The notes under the pieces are model-generated. The model made no database searches. It saw nothing but the letters and a program-made list of their open reading frames with translations, and was not told the DNA's origin. The position numbers and the translations under genes were made by a program. Below are positions 14,377 through 25,526 of a stretch of DNA of 64,000 bases, piece by piece (within the stretch, counting starts at the first letter, position 1; each line of letters starts with the position of its first letter). The stretch covers positions 29,788 to 93,787 of the forward strand of contig MU008232.1 of assembly GCA_010909165.1 (NCBI GenBank), in the 5' to 3' direction. Source of the stretch: Anthoceros angustus (lineage: Eukaryota > Plantae > Anthocerotophyta).

Positions 14377-14561
14377 TGTGAAGATATATAAATATAACCT
14401 AGAACTCGCTTTATTAATAACATGTATCGTTAGGGTTATGAAAGGTCATTTAGTGAAGCGACACTATGGCCATTTAAAGTAGATTAGACAAACATTTGTA
14501 TTGTACATTATCTTATCAATCTCGGTTTTCGACTTTCTAGTCTTCAACTTGTTCCTTCACA
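14377..14561 (+). repeat. 3' LTR of copia-1
   Basis: Preceded by the PPT and followed by TSD ATTGA. Confidence 0.95.
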
Positions 14562-14566
14562 ATTGA

Positions 14567-16020
14567 GGTGAAAAAGCGATGGGAAAAGCCCATCTAGGAG
14601 GGACAACAAAGGGACGGGGGTCGAGGTGAAGAGGAGCAAATAAGCTCCCTACCTAAAGTCACCTCACGCACAATGTCATATCACGGGGAAGAATAAGCGG
14701 CACGCAAACCACGGAGGTAGAGGAAGATGCTTCACCTCGCCCGCCTTGTGGAGGATCGCGTTGAGGCGCCGTTGAAGGGCAGTGAAAACCCGTTATCGGA
14801 AGTATCTTTGTAATACGAGAGGGCGACCATACCGTGTCTACGTGCATGGTAAGCTTTACGCGGACTTGACAAATTTGTCAAAGTCCTCGACCATTCATCG
14901 TTCTAGTGCAAGCGGAATAAAGGTGGCCCGCTTGCATCGCTATATTCTGGACCTTGAGAGCCCGGCGGCCAACACAGGCCAGTTAGTGATGACTGGCGGA
15001 GATGGTGTCTCGTGTGGGATCGGTAACCACCACATACGCCACCCAAAACCCTAGTCGCGCCACGGACAAAATGCAGTCGGCCGTATGATTGAGCGACTGT
15101 CACGGAGTATACATCCCCTCCATGCCATGTGGGCTTTCCATGACGATGGCGAACTGTACATCGCGGATGGCGTCGTGAGTGTGATCGATGACCCCGTAGG
15201 GACAACGAGCAAGGTGTACCCCGGAATCATCGAGGCGAGCTTTCACTAGTAAGGGCGAAGAAGCCACAGTGGAGCAAGACGGAATCGCATCGCAATAGTG
15301 AAGGTGGTTGGTGCGATGTGAAAACCCCGTATGCATGGGCGGGCCAGCCAAGCACTGCGCCCTTCCCGAGAACAAAAGGCGGCCGCCTTGTGGACACAGG
15401 GATGGAGGGTCTGGAGGCGGTGGAAAGCTGGCGGGCGCTTCTCGGCGAGATGCACAACCCCTGAAACCATCGAGTAATAAATGTCGAGAAAGGAGGAAGT
15501 CCTTGAGCATCCGCGATAACATGTCCCTAGCTTGCCTCAAGGGACGTTTGAGAGAAGGTTCCCTCCTCCACACGATAGATCCTCGAGAAAGGGCTGTCAT
15601 GGAGGATGAAGAGAAATAAGCGAGGAGAGAGCCCAGAAGCCGCGGGGAAGAGACCTCCAGCGAGGCAGACTGTGCCTCAAATTGCAGTAGGGGCTGCAGT
15701 GAGCGAGATCGCCCATAGGGCACTCAAAAGCCACAGGCCAGGATGTCCCAGGTATCCATAATCTTCCTATCAAACCCATGGCAGGACAAAAGTGTGAGGG
15801 GACGGAGGCAAGCGTCTGGATGAGGTAACGGGCGCCTAGCAAAACAAGAGGAAAGAATTCAAGGCCACATGCATCCATTACATAAAATTGCAACAGTATA
15901 ACGAGGGCAAGTGGGAAATTATTAACAATGCTTGTGAGAGGGGTGTACCGGAAGGGTGAGAGTAGGAAGAGAGTGCAGGTTCTATTAAGATACGTACCAA
16001 GGGGCAGAACTAACAGAGCA
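14567..16020 (-). mobile_element. 5'-truncated CRE-like non-LTR retrotransposon (restriction-like endonuclease type); its extreme 3' end lies at ~8268-8284
   Basis: Minus-strand fragments: AWLARP...FTIAMRFRL, LDDSGVHLARCPYG...HDAIRD (CCHC knuckle), VVVTDPTR, FIPLALE, TALQRRLNAIL. These are the characteristic C-terminal motifs of CRE/R2-type RLE elements. The 3' end has a hairpin and AATAAA. Confidence 0.75.
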
Positions 16021-16103
16021 ATATGAGCCTCAAAACATGTTGCATGTGGAAGTGTAACAAAAATTGCAACATCAGTATATAGGGTGCCCTTTTGAGGTTT
16101 AAA

Positions 16104-17191
16104 TCGGTGAACCCAAGCTGATCTTATGTCTCCTCATCATCAAGTTGACTCCCATCCGAATCGATGGCACACTGGGCATCAAGCAACTGCAACAACTTCA
16201 ATTTTGGGTGCCCCAAATCAACAAGCTCGACCACGTTTACCTCCATTGGCCGCCTTCTGGTCCCCCATTACGCCTCGGGGATTCCCTGATGGCCTCCTTA
16301 CAATCTTCTTGCGGGATCTCGGACTCACATAGCCAAGTGCCTCAAGTTGACCACAGATTCTCGGTCAAGCAATGCGTCGTGGCCCGGAGATCTTATAAAA
16401 GGTTTCCTCCCGTTTGCAACCACGTTGGTTGATTCCGACCTTATTAGTAAACTCCGAATCCATGGTCCCTCCTATCGGTGGGACTCCATACCCGGCGGAG
16501 CAACAACCTCTGGCTCCGCCACCTTCTTCCTCGAATGCCGGGTGAGCCTGTTCAACTCATCCTCTAGCATCGCCGCCACTTCGCGGCTGATGTCGGGAGG
16601 AAACGCTGATCGTTCCTCCCCCTCATTGGGCTCTTCCACGTTTAGCCCCTACATGGTGAGGCTGCCAGGGTGCCAGATCTGGTAGTGAGTCGCCCACCCG
16701 CCTCGGTAGGGTGGGTCCGTTCCCCCCGTTCTTCGAACGGTTTGACGCCCCGCGTCTCTTGAGGCCAAGGCAAGTCATCCCTCACCTTCCTCCTCTTCCT
16801 CTCCTCCTGTTCGCGTCGTTTCTCCGACTTTCGGCCCTTCTCCCGCCGCTCCGATCTGGTGATCACCTTGGCCACCAACAATCCTTCATCTGCGCTCATC
16901 TCTCCTTTGTACCCTTCTTCCACGATCCTTGATGTCACACTGGATTCATCGAGAAGATCGAACTCCGCTTCCACCTTTAGCACGGGCATTGTGGTCACGG
17001 TGATCGCGGTTTTGGGGTTGGTCTGTGTTTCCTCCGCCGCAGGCTCCGTGAACCTGACCCCTAGTCGCGCTGGTGCCACTCACGCCATGCCCGAACACCT
17101 TGGATCTCCCATCTTATGCCCCAATTCCTTGCATACGGCAAAGGGCACATAACCCACTTGCTTTCGAGGTTCGGGCAATCATTCGAGTAGT
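16104..17191 (-). mobile_element. Ty3/gypsy element 1: gag zinc-knuckle region and N-terminal half of the protease
   Basis: CKELGHKMGD-like knuckle near 17110-17145, a K/E-rich spacer with VITRS, and a degenerate IDS...GVNLM protease motif near 16140-16170. It joins 1-1210 once the CACTA-like element is removed. Confidence 0.75.
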
Positions 17192-20100
17192 AGTTAGAAA
17201 TAATAGCGAGACCACGTTGGTTCCGTTACCAATTGGTTAGTCGACTAGACGGCAGTTAGTCTAGGTAGTTAGCTAGGCTAGCAAAAGGACACACCCCTTA
17301 CGAGACCACCTATAAAGCCCACCTATGAACACACTTGATTCATTATTAATATAGCATCTTTGCTTAAGGCGCTTCGCATGCAATTCTAACTTGGTATCGA
17401 GCCTCGGCTCCTACCATGGTCTCTAGGTTCAATGGCTAGACTTTGCGTATCATTACCTAGGTGAGCCATGGACTTTTGAAGCTCCATTTGCTCGCTCATG
17501 GTTAGAAGAAATTGATCGTTGTTTTGGATAGCAGTTGGTTCTACGACCACAAAAAGGCAGCTACGATGGGGTCCCCATCGTCGCTTCCATGCGACTTGAT
17601 AGAAGAGCTTTCTCAAGCCTCGCAATGAATTTAGTTCTTCTATATTTATAGAAATTAAATTTTATTGTCTTCTATTTTTAATAGAGGTTTAGAAAAAGGA
17701 AGAAAAACATGTAGAAAAATGAAAAACCAATTTTCTATTTATTTTCTTGCCTCCTTTCCTATCTACATGCCCATGGGATTTGATTGGGTGTAAGTAGCCT
17801 GGTCCTTAAGATGGATAGAGGGGGAGAGGAAGCCTCAAGGTTTTCTCTCTACTAACATCTATCCTATTGACCATCTTACATTCTCTTATCTCCTAGCCAC
17901 TAATCTCGGCAAGCATGGCAGGAATCGTCGCTCTCGGCCCAAGCACGGCGCATTGGAGGATAGGGAGGCGATCCCGCGCACCAATCAGCGAGATCACTCG
18001 AGGTTTGGCTTCACTCAAGCACCTCGCCATTACGAGATGTTCGGCGAGGTGGGTGGATGCCCTCTTCCATACCTTGCAAGATCAAGGGTGGTCTCCGCCA
18101 TCGAGTTCCATCTTTATCGTCCGAGGGCATCGAGATCACTCGAGTGCGCTTGAACCGTCAACATCGAGAGCACAAGAGCGATTGAGAAGATCGATTCTGT
18201 CTCAATCTCATTATTCTAGCCAAAATTCATCACGGAGAGGTGCTTCTCAGGCGCCTTGATCGGCTCGAGCCCCCCAGCATCTGGTTTCATCATGACCGAA
18301 TCGCCGAGGAATTTTGTGGATTGGGCGGAGGCGGCGATAATTGATCGTCACGAATCTCGCAATTTCGGCTCGACGAGAGAGGGAGGCGAGATCTCCTCAG
18401 GCCCCAGGCGCCCCATCTTGGAGTCGCCATCGACAGGAGGCGCGCTGCGGTGATCTCGCCGTCCGCCATCCTCGCCGACCTCGGAGGTTGGCTCGGCGAG
18501 GCGCGCCTTGGCGGAGGCCCGCCGCGGCCTTCGCCAGCGGGTGTCGCGCCCGCCGGCGTTATCAACAAGTTGGATAGCAGCGCCCCGAGCAGGTGCCACC
18601 GTTCGAATGTAAGCGCCCGTTCGGCGGAGCGTGCGTTCAGCGAGCAGTGTCACCCGTTCATCGAGCAGGGCCCCTAATTCTTTTCTTCGCTCCTGTTAAT
18701 TGTTTTCGGGCTCTTTTCCAGTGGTGGCGATTTTGGTGGCGATCCTTCTCAACTCCGGCGGCTCTTGGCTGTCGAAGTGTGCCTCCTACACGATTTCAAC
18801 AGCGGGGACATCGTCAATACTGCCATAAGTCAGTTGAGGAGGAACCAAGATCGTCCTCTCGCTTTCGAGACTTTGGGCGCCTACAAGGAGTTCAAGTACA
18901 GCGAGGCCCAAGCCGCTCGCACCGAACGCTCTCTCCATTATCAAAATCTTTGGCGATCGATCACCCACCCATGAATGTTCTTTGGCATTGGGCATTGAGT
19001 CAGCTTTGATAGGCGAGTGCTCTAAACAATTTTGGAGCAGGATCCGGTGATGCGTTGTAGGTGGGCGGGTGTGAGTGTGTTTGCTTTGAACTCTCACTGG
19101 AAAATTTTTGCTCACACACTACTTGTGTTTTGAGCCTTGTGTGTCAACACGCTTTCGTTTACACAATTGTGGAGCCAAGGATTTGACCATGTCGAGGCAC
19201 TCCACCACCACCTCCCATCTCGGCTCACATAATTAATGTTATGAGCGTCTCTCGACTTCAAAGAGAGATAGGTTCAAGGACCAAATATGAGATTTGGTCT
19301 CGGCGGATGAAAACGGACTCTCAACCGCGATCTTCTCCCGGTGGAGGTGTTTCCCCAAAGCCTACCGCACCTCGGTCGATTGATGTGTGGCTCAAGTTGG
19401 ATCGTCAAGCCATGCAAATCGGTTTTACGGCCTTCGAAACCACCTCTGCACACCGATGGTGCGACTTCAGAGGCACAGGCGGATCAATGACATCTATCAG
19501 CGAATGTGATGACCTTGGTCACCGTCGACAAGAGTTTTACACTCTTGGATGCAACAAGGTGATAGTATTGCCCATCACGTGAGCGATTCGGTACCTTCGG
19601 GCACAATTGGTGCACTTGGGACTACAATGTCGAATTTGATCTTGCTATCCAACCGGCTAGCCTTCCGGCTAGTTATCGATCGTTAAATCTCTTCCCAAAA
19701 CCGATCGGTCCGGACTTCTAGCAGCGATGGCTGGTGGACAATCCACCTAAGCGTATCGAGCTTGCTGGCGCCTCCTTGAGGAGGCATCCGCTTCAACTCC
19801 ACATCTAAACATGGTGGAGGCGGTGATGTTTGTGACCGGTCACAAAATCAACAACGAAGAGAGAATAACCCGGAGAAACAACAACTCCGGCCATCAAAGG
19901 CACTCCTTCCTCTTCCTCCTCCAAGCACACCAAAAGCGTCAAGGGGCGTGCAATTGGTGTCGATCACCCGTGCTTGGGAGGCCTTGAGTGCGGGAAGAAG
20001 CGGTGAGTGACAGCGTGAGATCAAGGCGCTAATCTGACGTCTCCAAGGCCAGAGAACCGGTCAAGTCGAGATTGCTTTAGTGTGCTTGGTAGCTTGAGTT

Positions 20101-20965
20101 CATGACCTCACAGTTCTTTGGACTCATGACCAGCCCATATCTGCAGCTCCAAGCACATGTTTACTTCCTACACGGCGACAACTGACACTCCACGTTTTGT
20201 GCTGTTGGGCGATGACTCCGGCCTTGCTATTGCTGGAGTTGGTTCCGTGACATTCACACTGGAGGATGGTTCCTCCCTTGTGCTAAATAGTGTGCTCCAC
20301 GTCCCGCAGATGGCTAAGAATTTGATTTCCGTTCGCCAACTTCTGCTAGATGGAGCTTTTCGGCTGGAGTTTGGACGTGAGGATTGTTTCCTCTATCGTT
20401 CCTCTCAGCCAAGGCAAGTTGTAGCGAGGGCAGCCCAGCGATGATCTCTACATCTTCACTGGCACCCCTGTGTACACTATACTTGCTGCTGTGGTAGCAT
20501 CTTCTAAGGTTGCTTCACCACAGGCTCCCTCCATCCAGGAATGCCCTACTTTGGCATGTCGACTTGGGCACCTCAATCACCTTAGCTCCTTGCCATGACT
20601 CGGCGGGACTTGTATCGAGATAAGTTGCCCTCCTTGGCCAAGACACCACCTCTTTGTGAAGCGTGTGCTGCCAAGCGTGAGCTCTCCCTACTCTGGTCTT
20701 CACACTCATGGGGCTTCTTAGCCTTTGGAGTTAGTTCACGTAGACTTGTGTGGACCTCTCCCTCTTACTTCTTTAGGCATAGCCGCCATTTTATGACGAT
20801 AGTGGATGATTATTCCCACTACTCTTTTTACCGCTTTGTCTCAAGAGTGACTCCTTTCTTTGTGTTCTCACCTTTTGTATCTATGGCGAGTTGCACCTTG
20901 GATGCAAGCGGTGCATCGAGATCCGACAATGCGGAGAACTCAGCAACCATCGATTCAAAGACTCA
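17192..20965 (+). mobile_element. Truncated Ty1/copia element (copia-2): LTR, PBS, long leader, degenerate gag-PR-IN
   Basis: 200-bp LTR AGTTAGAA...TTCTAACT (17192-17391), then PBS TGGTATC(A)GAGCC. Protein motifs YEIWSRRMK, VLLGDDSGLAIAG...VLHVPQMAKNLISV, WH.RLGH, CEAC, TIVDDYSHY, SDNA. No RT and no second LTR in the window. Confidence 0.85.
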
Positions 20966-20969
20966 TGAG

Positions 20970-23950
20970 GGCGTGGGATCTTGAGACAATTCAACTTCCC
21001 TACATACGTAATGGCGCTGGCCAATGGCGATCTTATGGCCATGGCGCGGGCTATATCGATCGGAGGCAGCCCTTGCGTTGCAGAGAGGAATGCTCTGATC
21101 CTCTCTTCGGCCAGTCGAAGCATTCGCCAAGTTTATGGCGAGCGGAGGAGGAGGCTCGAGAATCGCTCTCCTTGAGAGGACGAATGGGAAGAGAATTTCC
21201 ACTACCACAATCCCACAAGAGATTTTGGATTTGGTGGAGGAGGCATGAAGGCCAAAACCAAGAACGGATGGAAGACGGACAACATCAAGGAGCTGAAGTG
21301 AGGCTCTTTGCCAAGATTGTCTTAGGATTGGTCAATTATCAGCGCACCTCCTACTTGCAATTTCCTGCAGATTCTTGTGGAAGATCACTCGAGGGGCCAA
21401 GCCGGGTTGGGGGACCATCATGTATGAGGCCTATATCCATCACAGGGAGAAACTCCTCAGACCCAACACGGTGGATGAAGGAGGAGAAAGGCCGTGCTAT
21501 CTTAGCACCTATTTGGTGCACTTGTGGGAGACGGAGGGGCTCTCGACCAGCAAGGAGCTTGAGGATGCTTGGCATCCTTTCGAAATTATACACCTCAGGC
21601 CAAGCTTGGAGAGGCCTTTGCCCTTTGCTTTGAGGAAGACCATGGGAGCGAAAACCTCTTCAAGTGCCGCCGAGTGAGGAGGTGGGCGGCGCCGTGGGAT
21701 TGCCGAGGTGGGGGATTTTCCTCACATGAGGAGCCTTGGAGGAGACCGGGAAATGCAGGCCATAGAAGGCCAAGTGGTGGTCTATGAGGCACTCCTACCA
21801 CGGTAGGAGTGCAGCCTATCATGGTAGGAGGACAGCCTACCGCGGTAGGAGAGACAACCCCAAGGGTGGGAGGATTCCCACCATCTCATGGGTGCCAGAC
21901 AAGAGGCACCCGTCAACCTACCCTGGTAGCCAACCTACCGAGGTAGGCAAGCAACCAGTGGGGACTCAACCTGCGGTAGGCAGCCTGTAGGCAGGCAGCC
22001 CATGGCGGTAGGGAAGAGGAAGGAGGGGCCAGGCGCCAAAGGCTGCGCCTAGGCCACCATCACCAGCTAGGAGGAAGGGGGATGGGACGCATGAGGCCTA
22101 CCCCCTGCATGATGGCGACGCCAGATGCTGGAGATTTCCGGCACAAGACCCGGAGGCGGTGGGGCCTCTCGGAGATTTCGAGTGCAGCGAGGCACTTAGC
22201 CGAGTAGATCTGAAGGCGAGGGAAGTGACAACCTCCCTCTTGGCATGCCGGAGGAGGTCCGGTGAACAAGGCCTGTGGAGATGGCGGAAGGCAGCGGGAC
22301 CAAGTGGCACTGAGGCCATGGAGTCGATGAGGCAGCCAAGTTGGGGAAGGGGAGAACCTCCGACCAAGTCATCATGGACCACCGGAGGAGGAGAAGGCCC
22401 CTGAGGGAAGCTGTCCCAAGCGGAGGAGAGGGCTGTTCGTGCCAGCCAACGAGACACATGGAGGCAAAAGGCGGAAGACCATTTTGCCCAACTAGAGCAG
22501 GAGCGAGAAGTCGAGGCTCTAGGAGAGAAGCAAGCAATCCAGGTGGAGGCACAAGAGCAAGTGTTGGCCACCCAAGCCATCAAAATCCGGGACATGGAGG
22601 AAGAATTGCGGAGGACCCGGTTGAGTTTGGAGGTGAGGCGCGCACTGATCACCCAAGACCTCCAAGTGCAAGGGCCGGAGCGTGAGAAGAATTCTTGGGA
22701 GGAGCGGGAGAAACTTGCCAAGCAAATGGCTGATTTGGAACAAAGAAGGTTCCAGAGGAGGAGCACCACAAGAAGATGGTGCAGGATGCCGGTGGTTAGG
22801 AGGAGAAGGTTTGGATTATGCCCTTCAATCGAAACTAACCAGCCAGCTCAAGGAAGCTAAGGAGGAGAATGTTGCCTCCATGTGAGGGTAGGAGAATTGA
22901 CGATGGCAAGGGACGCCTACAAGGGTAGGTGTGAAGATGGAGAATGGCCCCGAGCTCGATGACCTTCAAATGCAATACCACGAGGAGCCCATCTCCATAT
23001 TAGGATATTGAAGGCCAACAATGAGGTGTTGCGCCAAGAGGAGGACTTTAGGTCCCCATGATGATGATCGGAGGAGTCGCTAGTGCAGCGGAGGCCTCAT
23101 TTTGACGAGGCCCGGTGACATGGACTCAGGAGTTCGGAGAAATAGGGACTGAGGAGAGACCGCAAGGAAGGAGATGGCGGAAAGCAAGGTGGGAGGTCAG
23201 CCTACCCTTGCAGGAGGTCAGCCTACCCTCAGAGGTCACTCTACCAGTGGGTGACCACCCATGCCCGTGGGTTGCCGACCTATTGCAGAGGGACAAGGAC
23301 CTACGGACGTGGGTCCAGAGGAGGCAGAGGCCATGGGCCCGGCTGAGGATGGAAAGGCCAGGGGGACCAGCGACATGCCCCCTAGGAGAGAAGACAGGCG
23401 GTGGAGGGCAGCCCGGAAGAAACCAAGGACGGGCCCAACCCATCAAGGAGCAGGAAGGGGTGAGAAATTCCCTCACCCCACGGATAAGAGAGGAGCCGGG
23501 GCCCGAGAGGAGTCCAGCACAAAGAAGGCCCGGAAGAATCGGTGACAACATCGGTCGGCCGAATGGGGAAGGATCTTTGAAGAAATGCTCCATGATAGGT
23601 ATGGACAAATCAACAATAGGAAGGGAGCCAAGAGGACCTTACCCGAGGAAGTCTTCACGCTGAGAAAGAGGAAGGAGAACAAGGAAAGGGACCAACCTAC
23701 CATGGTAGGTGGTCAACCTAGGTAGTGCCGGACTACGCAGAGGGTGACTTTGGAGGAGCGCGGCCGCCCGGAGCTGAAGAAGGGCCATTTGTGAACAAGG
23801 ACGGGCGCGATTGCACAAGGATGCGAAGGATCGGGCGCGCCTCGAGAAGAAGGGGGAAAGATTTACACAGCCGAAAAGACGGCTAGGGAAGGGCCGAGAG
23901 CAAAAAGGGATGAGGAAGCCAATCAGCAAAAGATGCACACCCGCCCAGAT
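20970..23950 (+). pseudogene. Gypsy (Athila/Tat-like) accessory ORF region with coiled coil, frameshifted
   Basis: Fragments WGTIMYEAY...PCYLSTYLVHLWE and a long E/K/R coiled coil (AQEQVLATQAIKIRDMEEELRR) resemble the extra 3' ORFs of plant gypsy elements. LTR-like non-coding sequence follows (~23990-24840). Confidence 0.5.
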
Positions 23951-25526
23951 AGGAATTGAAATTGGTCAAAGACCATAAATGTGCTTTAGATGAGAAGGAT
24001 AAGGTAGGTTGAATAATTGACATAGGTAGAATTGCTAGAATAGAATTTACCTAGGATCAACCGGTCGATTTGGACGCTAGGACTTAAATCGTGGTAGGAA
24101 ATTATAAAATATTTGGAAAGGTGGCTGCAATAGGTCACCCAAGGGAGGTTGTATGTGGAAGGCCTCCTATACGAGGAGGAGGATTTCACAAAGTAAAGTA
24201 TCACATCTTCCATACTGTGAGTCCTTTGCTCCTTGTAAAGGAATTTGTTGGTAGCCAACGCGTCTGGTAGAGAGGAAGTTTGCGGTGGTGAGTGCTTGGT
24301 AGAGGCTTGCTCCTGCGAGCATCTCGAGTTGCTCCCCTTGTGAATGGTTCTTTGTGAAATTGCTTTGCTTTGGGTGTGTGGCGATGCCCAAGGAACTCGC
24401 TTGAGGCTAGACTACAGGAAAGACTCCAGGTTCTTTGTCGGTGTCAAACTCAACCAGCCCAAGGAAGAACTTGGGCTGACCCGGTTGTGCGTGGAGGCGG
24501 CCAGGCCGGTGAGCTTGAATTGAGGTTAGATTAGGAGGAGGATGAGGAGATGATTTGAGCATTGAGGAGAATGATGAGTGGATGATGAGTAGAGGATTAG
24601 AGTGTAGGCCATAGTGGAAGGCCACAAGCCTAAGGATGAATCCCAAATGCAAGTGAGAGGCGCTCTCCACATGTGGAGAAGATTGGTCTTAGAAGAAGGG
24701 ACGAAATTGCGGTGTGGGTCGGGGGTCCTTGGGCGCGTGATGCACTCCCTTAAGGCATAAAAGTGATATTCAGCGATGCATCGCTGGGACCTATACGAGC
24801 ATGAGAGCGAGCAAGAGAGACGCCGAAGATAACTTCCATAAGTGATCAAGAGACTATAAAAGAGTTTTTGTGTGTAACTGCTTTTATGACCTTAATAAAT
24901 GACTCTATTAACTTAAGTTGAATATCCGTTGAGTTAGGGTCCGAAACCCTAACGGAATGTACTCCCCTCGCACCTAACTCAAAAGGGATCATCCTGTTTA
25001 GAGCGGTCCGAGGCGTGACGCCATCTCCACGAATAAAGACTGAGGCTCGAATCGCCACTCATGAACTCCATGGCGGATCCTTGCTTGCGCTCACTGCGCA
25101 AGAGCTACGCAATCGCCGCGACTAGCCTTGTTGGATCCGATGTCCGCTAAGCTTGAGGCGCGACACCACAAGCGGGAGGCCATGCAAAGGTTGGCCTTTG
25201 TGAGGAGAAGGCACTTGCTGCTGGAGAGACACAGGTCGAAGTCCCGGGGAGAAAACAGAGGGCCACTAGAACCTTCTCGCGCTTGCATCAGGGTGGCGAG
25301 AGAAGCGGCGGGATCTTCATGGCGGTGAGCTGCCGCTTACCAAGAACCACAGGTAGGGTCCGAAGCAAAAAGGGGTGATGAGGCAGCGGTCCTAATTGTA
25401 TTACCTTTATGCTTCATCGGGGTGCTTGTGATGTGTGTATGTGTAGGCCTCGCCCAGATAGTCTTTAAGGTCACACAGAGGCGTTTGCGAGGATGCCCAA
25501 ACTCAGCGGTGACGTCCTAGCTCAGC

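Larger units (their letters stand above)
8285..14561 (+). mobile_element. Full-length Ty1/copia LTR retrotransposon (copia-1)
   Basis: Two ~187-bp LTRs TGTGAAG...CTTCACA; TSD ATTGA (8280-8284, 14562-14566); PBS TGGTATCAGAGCC at 8472-8484; PPT GAGGGG at 14371-14376; gag-PR-IN-RT-RH order. Confidence 0.97.
1214..16100 (-). mobile_element. CACTA/EnSpm-like DNA transposon (degenerate) inserted in the gypsy-1 protease
   Basis: Left end CCCTACTAGAAATGGGCACCCTAT; right end ATAGGGTGCCC(TTTTGAGGTTT), so the inverted core is GGGCACCCTAT. 3-bp AAA duplication at 1211-1213 and 16101-16103. Subterminal TGTTACAC/TGTTGCAA motifs occur in both orientations. Removing the element rejoins the protease (LGFTDF...KPLG). 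Confidence 0.75.

Noticed and set aside
20970-23950. Possible env gene
   Set aside because: No signal peptide or transmembrane segment seen; a coiled-coil accessory ORF fits better.
24841-24969. Possible 3' LTR of copia-3 starting AGT after a GAGGGG(AG) PPT
   Set aside because: No second LTR, PBS or TSD found, so the boundary (AGT vs mutated TG) cannot be fixed.
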